NCBI GenBank assembly: GCA_000388065.2
Contig: KB932212.1
Strand: one strand, 5' to 3'
Length of the DNA stretch: 42,633 nt
From: Fonticula alba ATCC 38817
Taxonomy: Eukaryota; Protista; Nucleariida
Shown here piece by piece: positions 25,180 through 37,538 of this stretch; the stretch's first letter is position 1; the number at the start of each line of letters is the position of its first letter. Made by a program: the position numbers and the translations under genes. A model generated the notes under the pieces. It saw only the letters and a list, made by a program, of their open reading frames with translations, ran no database searches and was not told the DNA's origin.

Positions 25180-28100
25180 TCACATGCCGAGCACCAGATA
25201 GTGCGGCACGTTCAGGCGCTCCACACGATCGGCGCGGCCCCGCCCCGGCCGGGCGGCGGCCGGCACCACCAGGCAGGTCTTCCAGCCGAGGGCATAGTTT
25301 TCCAGGTCGCTGAGCACCGTCAGCGGGGTCCCGGCCAGCAGGAACCCGCGCCCGGGCACCGCGCCGCAGAATTGGCGGATGCCCTCGTCGCGCGGCCGGG
25401 CCGTGGTGGTGGTGGTGGTGGTGGCGGGCGATGACGGCCCGGCGGCCCCGACGTCCACCGGGTCCGGGGGGGGATCCGCGCGATCCTCGCCATCCGCCGC
25501 GCTGGCCGGCATGTTTGCCTCGTCGTCAGGGCGCCGGAGACCCCGGTGGCGGCACTTGCCATGCTGCTCCAGCGCCTGGGGCGGCTCCTCGTTGGCCGCC
25601 GCGTCGGCGCCCTGCGGCCCGGCCGCCGGATCCATCGCAAGCTGGCGGTGAAAGTGCTCGTTCAGCCGCGCGGAGACCGGCACGCTCGGCGGCACAACAC
25701 ACAGGTCTGTCTCCCCCCCGGGCCGGCGGAAGGGGCATTGGTGGCGGAGCCGCCGACGGGCCCCGCGGCGCGGGCGCGCAGGTCAGTGTCCGCCACAGGG
25801 GGGGGGATCTCTCTCCGCCTTCCGGCCGGTGCTGCCTCGCCCTCCCGCCCCCGGGAACACACACGCTTCCCCCACAAGTGTCATGGCCCCCCCCCCCCGC
25901 CTCCGCCTCCGTTCCCTTCCGCCTGGCTGCCCCGGCGCCGGATCTGGGCATGCCCCCCGGTCCCGCCCCCTCCCCGGCACTCCATTGTCTTGGCACTTGG
26001 CCTGCGGGTGGCGCGGCGGTGGCGGGTGGCGGTGGTGCGCCTGGGCGTACCTTCCAGCCGGCCCGGGCGCGGCGCCGCGCCGCCGAAGTACCACGGCTCG
26101 TCCAGTGACTCGGCCGCGTGCGACGAGTCCCACGCCAGGCGCCGGTGGCGCGCACCACGCCCGATGGCACACCGCTGCCCCGGGCCGCCGGGCGACGACC
26201 CGGCACTCCAGCCGCCGGCCGGATCCAGCGAGTCCATGGCCAGCTTCAGCTCGTACGCCAGCCGGCACACCTGCGAGCTGAAGGTGCACACCAGGTGCCC
26301 GGCCCGGGCCAGGAGCAAGATGTCCCGGACCACCGCCTCGAAGGCCGCCGGGCCATAGCGCTCGGCCAGGTCGCCGGCCAGCTGGGCCGCCGCCGGGTCG
26401 GTCACCACGGCCAGCGGTCGCCCCATCCGGCCGGACAGGCAATCCCTCGCGGCCGCCGGGTCGTCGGTCACCACCAGCAGCAGGGCCACCTGCTCGGGGT
26501 AGTGGTCGGCGAACCAGCCCCGCGCCACGCGCACATACTCCTCGGTCGGGTACAGCTGCGCCTCGACGCCGATCTTGTCGCTCCGGCGGATGTGAATCCT
26601 GCGGCACACCATGCCCGCCCCGGCCGACAACCGTGTTAGCCCGGGCGCCAGCGCCGGCACCGGCCAAGGCAAGGCCCACACAATGCGCCACCGCGCGCAC
26701 ACGCACCCGACATAGGGCCGGTCGCCGCCGGTGGCCGGCTCCCCCGGCAGCCCCGCCCCATACGCATAGCTGGCCAGCTGCTCGGCGAAGGCCGGCGTCG
26801 GCCTCATCAGGAACCAGGCCAGCATGCCGACATACCACCGGCCCGGCGTCGAGTGGAACCCGGCGGCCGCGTCCCACAGGTAGCCCGGCAGGGCCGGCGG
26901 CAGGAAGTCCGGCACCTCCACAAAGCTATCGATGATGGGGAACTGCAGCACCCTGCCGGGCCGCCACATCCCCCCGAGGGCCGGCATCGTCAGAGGGGCG
27001 CGCATGTCTTTCGGGTGTGTCGCACGCGGGCCGCGAATCTCCAGGAGCCCCCCCCGCCCCGCCCCGCCCCTGCGCGGCCTTTCTCGTGGCTTTTGCGTTT
27101 GGCGTACTGCTCCCCATTTGGGCGCCCATGGCGGTAGTAGGGCGCGTGCGGATCGTAGAGGGCCTCGCAGTCGCCGATGCGTTGGAAGAACTCTGCTCCG
27201 CACCCGGCAAGGCGGTCAGAAAGGGCGCAGCACGGGCGGCGGCGGCGGCGGCGGCGGCGGCGGCAAAGTGCCACATGGGGCCCCGGCGCCTGCCTCGCAA
27301 ACTCCGCCCCCCCCCCCCTCTTCCCTCCCCGACGAGCACGCACCATACCAGCCGCGGTCGGCGCGGCCACGATAGCGGATACTCCGGGGGCGGATGACCA
27401 GCGTGCGCTCCAGGTGCAGGGCTGCCGCCAGGCAGGTGACCAGATGGTGCGCCACGCAGCCGAACCCACAATCCTTGTCCAGCGAGCAAAGGAGCAGCGG
27501 CCGCTGCTCGCACGGGACTCCGTCCAGGGGCCGCGCCAGGCCGGCCCGCTCCGGCGACAGAGTCCCCCCGGGCAGGGCCAGGTCACGCTCCAGCTGCCGG
27601 AAGATCGGGCCCGGGTCCACGAATTGCAGGGTCCCCAGGCGCGACAGCAGGGTCCCGAGAGCCCGGCGTCGGGATGTGGCCCGGGCGCTCCGGAGCCCCG
27701 GGTCCTCCCAGACAATCTGGTCCACCTTGCGTTGGGCATAGTAGAAGAAGCCCAAGTCGTCCTGGTGGTCGGGTCCTCCGGGCAGCAAGTCAGCCACCCG
27801 GTCGGCGAGGGTGGCCGGCGCGTCGCCGGCTGGCGGGCGAAATGGCCCGATCCCGGGCCGCGAGGCCTGCTCGGCGAAGGCGCGGCGCTGCTCGGCTCGG
27901 ATGACCTGCTCCCGGTCGCCGAGGGCGCGATACAGCTGCAGCAGCCGGGCCACGGTGCCTTCGGCCTGGCGGCCGGCTGTCGCACCGGGCCCCGGCGCCG
28001 GTGACACCGGGTCTGCGACGGCTCCGGCCTCCGGACCCCGGCCGGCCATGGCCTCGGCCCGGGGAGGGCGCGCGGTCCTGCGGTCATCGGCATGGCGCCA

Positions 28101-28193
28101 GCCAGGCAGCACCGGGCCGATTGACAGGCCGACCAGGATGCCCAGCAGGAAGATCGCCGAGATGGCCGCCCGAAGGCGGAGATGGCGCTTCAT
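25180..28193 (-). CDS. FUT8: FUT8-like alpha-(1,6)-fucosyltransferase (GT23), 5 exons, about 751 aa
   Basis: Exons 28193-27344, 27192-27108, 26952-26707, 26598-26051, and probably 25706-25180. N-terminal TM anchor; CEQRPLLLCSLDKDCGFGCVAHHLVTCL; GIHIRRSDKIG; DILLLARAGHLVCTFSSQVCRLAYE; SLDEPWYFGG. These match the FUT8 motifs CGYGCQLHH, HVRRTDK, VCTFSSQVCR and SLDDIYYFGG. The last exon is less certain. Confidence 0.85.
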
Positions 28194-29877
28194 GGGGGAG
28201 GGTCCACGGAGGCAGGCGGGCAGGGGGGAGGGAGGGGGGGGGGGAAGATGACGTTATGCACGATACAAGCGACAAGCACGGGGGAATGCAGCTAGACGAG
28301 CGGGCGGGCGGGCGGGCGAGCAGGCGGATGACATGCCTTGTCACGGACGCCGGGGCAGGGCGCCAGGCTCCTCTTCAGCCCCACCCACTTCGGGCACCGG
28401 GCCGGGCACGCGGCTGGGCCCCGGGCGGGCAACTGCCCAAGCGGCACACGGGCGCTCGCCTCTCGGCCCGACGCACCTCGGTATGTCCCTCCCGCGCCAC
28501 ATGGGTCTCACTGCTGCGCGCATGCCGCCCGCCAGCCCTGTTCCTCGACGAGAGTGGCCCTCGCTCGACTCGGCCAGACCCATGGTGTGGCCATGTGGCG
28601 GGCCGCCAGCCACCGGCGCGCCATGGCACATCCCGCCCCCCGCCCCCCGCCAGCGGGCATCAGCCACAACACACCCGGCAGTTGGGAAGCGCACGCGGCG
28701 CCCAGGACGGCCAACAGCCTCATGCCAACTGGCGACCCTACATGCTCTCGCCACATGCCGATATACGCCTGAATTGCATGTGCCCGTGCGGGTGGGGCAC
28801 ACGGGGTGCCGAGAGGCGGCGAGGCGACCCAGGAGGCCAAGAGGACCTGCCCGGCAGGCTGCCTGCCGACCCGGACCCTTTCGTTCGCCCCCCCCCCCCC
28901 CTCCCCCCCGAGACCGATCTATTTCAGGCCGCTTGGCAGGCGAGGCCCCCTCCCCCCAGACCCCCTGCCCGCGCACGCGCGCCCTCTCCTGCCCATGAGC
29001 TCGCCGCCGCCGCCACTGCCACTGCCACTGCCGCGGTCGCGGTCGCCGCCGCCACCGGCATCGGGTGCAGAATAGGCCGACCTGCCGCCACGGCCCTGCC
29101 ATCCGGCCGCGAGACATTTGTTGATCATTCCACGGCGCAAGCCCCGGCTGCGCGGCATCCATGGCGGTTCGGCGCGCCGCTGCCGCCCCCTGGGGGGGCT
29201 CGCCGCCAGCGCGGCCAGTGTCCACCCCGGCCGCACCGCGGGGAAGGGGCATTCCAGCCGCGCGGCGCGCGCGTTACACCCACAACCGCGCACGTGCGGC
29301 GCCAAGATCACGCCGCCCAAACGAAAAAAACCGAACTTTTGTTTACCGCCCCTCGGACCGGGCATTTTCACCCGAAAAGCCGGCGCCGCGCGCACGCCTC
29401 CCACCCAACGGGGAGGCCCCGGCCCCCGGGGGTCCCGCGACGCATGTGCGAGGGCGCCCCCCCCCCCCCCCCCCCCGCCAGCCCGAGTCAGCCCGCTGTT
29501 CGCGCGCGCGCGCGCGCGTGAATCGCCTGATGTGCTTCGCCTGATGTGCTCGACGAGGCCCGGCCAGATTGCCCCCCCCCCCCGTCCGGCACGCCGCACA
29601 CAGGGGAAGGAGGTGGCCGGCGCCGCGGTGCGATCTCCGTGTGCGCGCGCGCACGCCCGCGATCTGGCGTCCGCCCCTTCTCTTGGGCCTTCCCTGCCTC
29701 GCCGGCCAGCCCCTAGCAGAGTCGCCGCGTAGAAGGGCCGCCACATGGGGCCTTCCCCCCTCCGTCCGGCAGTACCCACAGCCAGCCTCTCGTCTCTTCC
29801 CCCCCCTTCGGCCTTTTCTCTTGTTGCGACTCCTTCGCTCCCGCGCGTGTGCCACCCCGCCTCCCCCCCTGCTCAGG

Positions 29878-31731
29878 ATGTCCAGCCCCCCTGTTTACAT
29901 CGTCACCGGTTCCAACAGGTCCCTCCTCGGCCATTGACATCTTCCCCCTTTGCCATCCTCGCTCCTCCTCCTCCTCCTCCTCCTCCTCCTCCACCACCAC
30001 CACCACCACCGCCCACGCCCTCAGCGTCTGACTTCCTCCGGTGCCCGTGCCCCGCCGCTTGCCCTGGCGTGTCGCCCCACAGTGGCGTCGGCCTTGCGCT
30101 CGTCCATCGCCTGGTGCGCGAGCTCCCCCTTCGGACCAAGCAGAAGCCCGTGATCGTCATGGCCTGCCGGAGCCGCGACCGAGCCAGCGCCGCGCGCGAC
30201 GAAGTCATCGCCCAAAACCCCGATGCCCAGGTGGAGATCGGCATCGTCGACGTCAGTTCCCCGGCCTCGGTGTTCACTTTCTGCAAGTGGTTCCTCTCTC
30301 AGTGCGTCCCCATGAAGGAGGTCCTTCTCCCCTCCCGGCTTCCCTTCCTCCCGCCGCCGCCGCCGCCGCCATCCATGCTACGTCTTCTGACGCCCCTTGC
30401 GCCCGGAAGTTACAACCGCCTGGATGGGCTCTTTGCCAATGCCGGCATCTTCCCGAACACCGGCATCGCGTATGGGGTCCTGCCGCGTGCCCTGCTCCGC
30501 GGCATCCCGTACCTGATGATGTCCGGCGGGGAGGACCTTGTCATCCAGCCGGTCGGCCGTGTCACCAAGGACGGCCTCGGCGAGGTGTTCGCCGCCAATG
30601 TCTTTGGGCACTTCATCATGGTGCGTGCTTGCCTGCCCCATGCCGTGCCCCTCGCGCCTCCCGGCATGCGACCCTGACGCATCCCCCCTCCCACAGGTCC
30701 AGGAGTTCGCGCACCTCCTCCAGGCCAACAACGGCCGTGTTGTTTGGACCTCCTCGAGTACCGGCATGGCGGACAAGTTCTCCTGGAGTGACCCGCAGTG
30801 CATCAAGGGGTGCGTGCTCCCGTCTATGGACTTCCCCCCCTCGCTCGCTCTCTCTTTTTCTCTCTCTCTCTCTCTAGCATACACACATGCCGATCTCCCG
30901 GGACGCCCTGCCCCATGCGCGCCAGACCACCTTCCATGTGTCACGACCCCCTCCCCGCCTCCCTCCCCAGTCGCTCACCTGCCATTGCCCTTTCCACTGT
31001 GCACATCACAGCAACGCTCCCTACCAGTCCAGCAAGTATGGCGAGGCCCTGCTGAGTGTGGCCCTGAATGAGCGCCTGGCCCGGTCGTACGGCGCCCCGG
31101 GGGTCGGCACCGTGCGGTCCATCTGTGCCATGCCGGGCTTCGTCCACTCGCCCATGGTCAGTGTCTTCATGCCCAGCTGGCTGTGGCAGGTGGCCATCAT
31201 CTTCATGGTTTTGGTGCGTCTCTCGTGTCGCCGCCGGTCGCCGCCGTGATCGCCGCCGCTGCACCCATTTGCTGGTGTCCATGCGTCTTCGCTGCTCACC
31301 TCCCCCCCTCCCCCCCTCCCCCTCTGCCTCCCCACCAGGCTCGCTTCATCTCGCCGGTGGCCAACATCACCCCGGCGCACGGATGCGAGGCACACGTCTA
31401 CTCGGCGCTGGCGCCAATTGGGGATTTCACCGCCGACGACGAGGAGCTCATCTCCTGCACGGCCTTCTCGCCGGATAGCCACCGGCATCTGCTCACCGGC
31501 GCCGGCGGGCGCGGGTATGTCGACCGGTCGCGGGTGCATGTGGCCCGGCCGGCCGGCGTCAGCACCGGCTCCGGCCTCGTGCCGGCCCAGGACCGCGTGG
31601 TTCTCACCAAGGAGGCGCAGAACTACTTCCGGTACCTGGTGGACCTGGCCGACGACTTCCGCCAGAAGAACGGCCTCACCCCCATCGGCGATAGCACCAT
31701 CCCCCAGCCGGCCAACGCGATTGAGCTGTAG
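29878..31731 (+). CDS. ERG27: 3-keto-steroid reductase (ERG27/HSD17B7-like SDR), 6 exons, about 392 aa
   Basis: Exons 29878-29918, 30083-30301, 30410-30620, 30697-30809, 31012-31213, 31339-31731. IVTGSNSGVGLAL (TGxxxGxG), IVMACRSRDRA, RLDGLFANAGI, DGLGEVFAANVFGHF, VWTSS, PYQSSKY (YxxxK). Confidence 0.9.
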
Positions 31732-32206
31732 TTCACACACACGCGCGCCCCCCTCCCCCTCCCCCTCCCCCCCCCTCCCCTAGAGCCCCGGCCCTTTGTG
31801 CATATTCGATGTCCATGTCGCCCATGCATGTGCATGCGTGCTGCGCATGCGCCCGCACACACGCCTGCAGTGCTACCGCGCACTGTGCCCCGGCTTCCGC
31901 CGATGTGCCGCGGTGTCCCCGGATCCGGAGCCCCCCCTCACCGCCGCCGGCCGACGGGCTTGGCCTCAGTGCGGGGGACCTGCTTTGCCTTGAAATATAC
32001 CCTCTCACCCCCCCTGTGGATGTTCGTATGTGGGCTTCATGTGCATGGCCCTTGGGGACGGGCGGCCCCCGGGCCCCGGGTACACAGGCGCATGCATGCA
32101 TCGCGCGCGGCGACGCCCGCCTGCGGTCGGATGTGTTCGTTTGATCGGTCGCACAGGCCTGGAGTACCCCCGCGAGCGTTGTGCCCCCCCCCCCCCCCCC
32201 CCCCCC

Positions 32207-32216
32207 NNNNNNNNNN
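32207..32216. other. Assembly gap (N) with duplicated flanks
   Basis: cgagcgttgtg + poly-C appears on both sides of the gap. Confidence 1.
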
Positions 32217-32675
32217 CGAGCGTTGTGCCCCCCCCCCCCCCCCCCCCCCCGCGGCCGGTTTTTCTCCGCCGCCCCTCGCAGGGCGACCAGCCCGGAAAGG
32301 GGGCGGGAGCGTGCGGAGGACGGGCGCTCCCCCCGAGGCCTCGGGGGCGGTCCGTTGGCAGGGCGATGACAGATGCCCAGACCGATCGGGCCTGTGGGAC
32401 TGTCTGATCGGTCTGCGGCCGGGTGGACTGCGCGATCGTCCCGGACATCTGGCCATTCGGCTGGTTTTCATTTTGTTCTTCTTTTTTTTTTTCGGCCTGT
32501 GTTGTCCATTTCTGCCAGCATGTGCCCGCCCATGACAGGACACATGCAACTCTCGCCCGATGCATCTCCCCGACGCCGCTTTCTCAGCTCCTCCCTCGCC
32601 CTCCTCCCTCCCTTGCCTATCCCCTCCCCTTCTCCTCCTGTGTTGCCCGGCCTCTCCGCCTCCCCCGATCGGTCC

Positions 32676-34072
32676 ATGTACGCCGAGGGAACGCCCAGCT
32701 TCGCCTCCGGCTCGCAGGTGTCCCCACTCGTGGCGGCCCAGGCATCGCCCCTGCTACAGCCAGCGCCATCCAACTGGGACTCCCTCCTCCAAGAGGTGCG
32801 CTCGGCTGCCCCCCCCCCAGCCCGAGTCAGCCCGCTGTTCGCGCGCGCGCNNNNNNNNNNNNNNNNNNNNNNNNNNNNNNNNNNNNNNNNNNNNNNNNNN
32901 NNNNNNNNNNNNNNNNNNNNNNNNNNNNNNNNNNNNNNNNNNNNNNNNNNNNNNNNNNNNNNNNNNNNNNNNNNNNNNNNNNNNNNNNNNNNNNNNNNNN
33001 NNNNNNCCCCCCCCCCTCCGCCACAGGCCCGGCGAGTCGAGGTCTCACTCGAGCAGAGCATCAATGCCTACAACTCTCTGGCGCGGTCGTACCTGGAGTC
33101 TGGCCCCGGGCCGGACCCCACGTCGCAGCCTGGGACGCAGTATTCGGAGCGGGAGAAGCTCTGCCTCCCCGAGGGACCCATCCCGGTGAAGATTCAGCAG
33201 TATCTGGCGGAGGTCCGTGCGATGGCGTTCCAAGGCTTGCCGCCTCCGCAATGGGCTGCCCGACTGACAAACTCTGCCGGCCGCCCCCTTCCCCGACCGC
33301 CCAGCTGAGGCGCATCGTGGAAAGCATGGAAAAGTACCAGGCGCACCACATGGGCGATGGTGGGGACCCGACCGGCGGCCAGACGACCGCCTCCACGGTA
33401 GCCGTCTTCCTCCGGCGCTACCGCGAAAGCGTGGCCAAGTACGAGATGATCTACCGGCGGAACCTGGACCGGGTGCTGGCCAAGTCCAAGCGCACGGGCC
33501 TGCTGGCTGGGACGGCCGGGCAGCCGGGTTCCACGGCCGGCGGCGCCTCCTCCGGGCTCCTGGTCACCGGTCTCAACCACTTGGATCAGTCGAATCAGCA
33601 AGCGTTGGATCTGCTTGAGTGCGTGTCATGCCATCTGCGCCTCCGGTGTGCCCGTCTGGCTGTCTTTGTGCTAACGCGCGGCCCTCCGCGCCACCATCCT
33701 CCGCGGGCCCTTTCTTTTCCTCCCCTCCTGCAGCCAAGCACACGAAGCGCACGAGGCCCTCATCACCCAGCGCGAAATGCTGAACCGGGCACATGGCCGT
33801 GTGGCCAACATCAACAGTACGCACACCCGGCACACCGGGCTCTGTGTGCCGCTGCCGCGGCTGACGTTGTCCCCTCCCCCCCCCTGCCGCTCGCCTCTGC
33901 CGCTTGTTCCTCCATTGGTGACTGACGCCCGCACGCCCCCGGCAACCCAGGCCGCCTGCCGCGGATCAATGCGCTGTTGAAGAAGATCAAGCGGCGGAAA
34001 AAGCGCGAGACCCTCATCCTCGGCGCGGTGGCCGGCTTCTGCCTCTTCCTGGTGGTGCTGTTTCTCTTCTGA
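32676..34072 (+). CDS. GOSR1: Golgi SNARE GOS1/GOSR1 (Qb), 5 exons, about 274 aa
   Basis: Exons 32676-32795, 33027-33212, 33305-33618, 33734-33816, 33951-34072; intron 1 contains an N gap. WDSLLQEARRVEVSLEQSINAY, EALITQREML, RLPRINALLKKIKRRKKRETLILGAVAGFCLFLVVLFLF (tail anchor). Confidence 0.88.
32851..33006. other. Assembly gap (N) in GOS1 intron 1
   Basis: N run. Confidence 1.
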
Positions 34073-34552
34073 CGCGGCGCTGGCGCCCTGTCGCGCGCGC
34101 GCGCGCGCGTACACGTCTGGCGCTCGCTGTTCTCGGCCCCTGGTCCAGCACGCTGGGACGCCCAATCGACGCCCATTCTGAATGTGCAGATCTCTCCGGT
34201 CGCGCCGCCATGCGCGTGCGTGGCCAGTGTTGTCCTCCGCCCCGCCTCTGCGGGGCATTGGGGGCACGGCGGTGTGGCGGGCTGGTGCTCGGGAACCGGG
34301 CGCGGGGAAGGAGGGGGGGCCTGCGGATCTTTCGCGTGTTTGCCTGGCGACTGTGTGTGTATGTGTGTGTGTGTGTGTGTGTGGGGGGGGGGGGTGCCTG
34401 TGGCGGGCTCGATCGCGCCACTTGTCGGGTCTCGGGGGCAAGCGCAGCACTTGGGCTGGCAGGTTGGTGTGTACGGCACCAGGAGGCCGGGCAGCCAGCC
34501 ATCCTCCGCTCCCTCCCCCCCCCCTCTCTCTGTCTCTTTCGCATCTCCAACC

Positions 34553-35554
34553 ATGTCCGTCTCTCTCTTCATCTCCTCCAGCAAGGAGGCGATGACTCAG
34601 ATCGGTGAGCATCGCTTCGACCTGTCCATGACCATTGGTCGTCTCAAGGTGCGTATATGCTTATATGCGTGTGTGTGTGTCCACAGACGCTCGCCTGCCC
34701 TGGGCACAGTTGTCGCTGGCCATCCTGACCTGAGATCTCTCTTCTCTCTGCCCCGCCCACCGGCAGGAGCGCCTCGAGCTGGTTGTTGGCTCGAAGCCCA
34801 GCGACATGGCCCTGTACCTGGTGCCGGAGCGCAAGCCCGGCCAGGCGGCCGACTCCAAGACCACCGACTCGGTCCTGCTCGGCGACGACACCCGGCCGCT
34901 GGGCTACTACTCGCCGGCGGATTGGATGATTCTCCATGTGCGTCCCCCCCCCCCCTGTCTCACATTCACGACTCACATCTCTCTGTCTCTCTCTCTCTCT
35001 CTCTCTCCCTTCTCCTCGCCCTCCTGCCGCCCGTCCTTTGCCCGGATCCGCCCCAGGTTGTTGACACCAACCCCGACAGCCTCTATGGCGAGTTCACCAT
35101 CCCCTCACTCCACCGGAACTACGAGTATGTCACCCTCTCCGAGGAGGAGTACGACCGGCTGACCGGGTCGGTGCGTGCCTACATGAAGCGCATGAAGCTC
35201 GGCAAGTACAGCGACGAGGCCCGACAGCAGCAGGAGGCACAGCAGGTCCTGGAAGGCCAGCGGACCGAGCTGGCCCGAGGCATCACCGTCGGTGCCCGCT
35301 GCGAGGTCACCACGCAGGAGTCCGCCAAGCAGCGCGGCGAGGTGGCCTTCGTTGGCGAGGTGGCCTTCGCCCCCGGGACCTGGGTCGGCGTCAAGCTGGA
35401 CCTGCCCTTCGGCAAGAATGACGGAAGGTACGCGGCTCGGGCACTGCGGGCTCCCCTTTTTGCCGATCTTCATCCGCCCGCATCTTCCCCCCCCCCTCTC
35501 ATCTGCGCCCCGGTTCCAGGGGAAATGCGGTCCTCTCGCACGCTGTCCTAATCA

Positions 35555-35588
<34 letters not shown>

Positions 35589-35785
35589 CGGGTGTGGGGA
35601 CCGTGTTTTTCCCTCCCTCCCACAGCGTCGACGGCCAGCGCTACTTCACCTGCCTGCCGAAGTACGGCATGTTTGTCCGCCCGGATCGTCTGGAGGTCGG
35701 GGACTTCGAGCCGGCCTTCGATCTGGACGCCGCGCTGGAGGGGCTCACCTCCGACAGCGAGGACTCCGGCATCGAGGAGCTGTGA
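34553..35785 (+). CDS. TBCB: Tubulin-folding cofactor B (Ubl + CAP-Gly), 4 exons, about 265 aa
   Basis: Exons 34553-34648, 34767-34937, 35057-35427, 35626-35785. [90 protein letters not shown]. Confidence 0.95.
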
Positions 35786-35939
35786 AGATCGGGCCCGCGC
35801 TCGTCTATGTCGCGCCCCTCGCACGTGATAATGGAGCACCGTTCTCGTTGTCCAGCAAAGGGCGGCTCTTTCGGGCGGCGCGACCCTGCATGCGGGCAAC
35901 ACGCCCGCCACGGTCGCGAGCCAGAGGGGGGGGGGCGGG

Positions 35940-36316
35940 NNNNNNNNNNNNNNNNNNNNNNNNNNNNNNNNNNNNNNNNNNNNNNNNNNNNNNNNNNNNN
36001 NNNNNNNNNNNNNNNNNNNNNNNNNNNNNNNNNNNNNNNNNNNNNNNNNNNNNNNNNNNNNNNNNNNNNNNNNNNNNNNNNNNNNNNNNNNNNNNNNNNN
36101 NNNNNNNNNNNNNNNNNNNNNNNNNNNNNNNNNNNNNNNNNNNNNNNNNNNNNNNNNNNNNNNNNNNNNNNNNNNNNNNNNNNNNNNNNNNNNNNNNNNN
36201 NNNNNNNNNNNNNNNNNNNNNNNNNNNNNNNNNNNNNNNNNNNNNNNNNNNNNNNNNNNNNNNNNNNNNNNNNNNNNNNNNNNNNNNNNNNNNNNNNNNN
36301 NNNNNNNNNNNNNNNG
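35940..36316. other. Assembly gap (N), intergenic
   Basis: N run flanked by G runs. Confidence 1.
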
Positions 36317-36731
36317 GGGGCTGCGATCCATGACGTGCGTATGTGTGTGGGGGAGGGGGGGGGGCGGGGGGGGCGGGGGGAAAGGGGGGGGACACTCCCG
36401 GGGGCGATTGTGGCTTGTGCCCAGGACGGGAGCGGTGCATCATGCCATGCCGGGGAATGGGGCAGGGGGCGGCGGGAGTGCAGGTGGGTACACGAGTTTG
36501 GCGGGGCGCCTCACGGACCCGAAGGACGGGCAACAGGGGAGGCGGGGCAGGGGGGGGGGGGGGGGGGGCGCGGGGGCAACCGTCCGAGCGCGTTCATTGG
36601 GACATGCGGCGGCCGGCTAGCGGCGGCTGGGCGTCCGGTTGGGGCGGCACGCGCGGGCGGCGGCCGGATGTTCTCCCCGCGCCTTCTTCCACCGCGCCAC
36701 CGTGGCGGTGGTTTCATATGAATTCTGCGAG

Positions 36732-36765
<34 letters not shown>

Positions 36766-37163
36766 CGTCCATGTGTGTGTGTGTGTGTGTATGTGTTGGG
36801 CCTCGCTCACGGCCGGGCTTTTATCCAGATTGTTCTGCCTGAGCCCTTGTGTGTCCGCCCCGAGGGGACCCAGCGAGCGGGCGCCCCCCGCGCCCCTCCC
36901 GCGCCCCGGGCCGCGGGGCGTGAAATCCCTGCCCCTCCCGGCCCCAGGCGCCGGAGCCTGGGGCGCCGCGAGCGGGCGCGCGCGTCCAGCATGTGTTCGC
37001 CTTGCCTACCTGCCCATTGACATGTCCTTGCCCCGGGGGCGGCCGAGCGGGCCCGCGGCGCGTGCGACTGAGTGCATGCCGTGCGGGCGCCTGCGGGAGG
37101 ACGACGGGCGGGCGAGAGGCCCCCTCCGTGCGTCCCTCGCACCGGTCGCGGCCCCCCCCCCCC

Positions 37164-37503
37164 NNNNNNNNNNNNNNNNNNNNNNNNNNNNNNNNNNNNN
37201 NNNNNNNNNNNNNNNNNNNNNNNNNNNNNNNNNNNNNNNNNNNNNNNNNNNNNNNNNNNNNNNNNNNNNNNNNNNNNNNNNNNNNNNNNNNNNNNNNNNN
37301 NNNNNNNNNNNNNNNNNNNNNNNNNNNNNNNNNNNNNNNNNNNNNNNNNNNNNNNNNNNNNNNNNNNNNNNNNNNNNNNNNNNNNNNNNNNNNNNNNNNN
37401 NNNNNNNNNNNNNNNNNNNNNNNNNNNNNNNNNNNNNNNNNNNNNNNNNNNNNNNNNNNNNNNNNNNNNNNNNNNNNNNNNNNNNNNNNNNNNNNNNNNN
37501 NNN
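37164..37503. other. Assembly gap (N) upstream of PHO88
   Basis: N run after a C run. Confidence 1.
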
Positions 37504-37538
37504 TCCATGCAGCTCGGTGCCTATCCACTTCGTCCACC

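Noticed and set aside
32172-32250. Direct repeat cgagcgttgtg+poly-C on both sides of a 10-N gap
   Set aside because: Typical overlapping contig ends at an unresolved homopolymer; treated as an assembly artefact.
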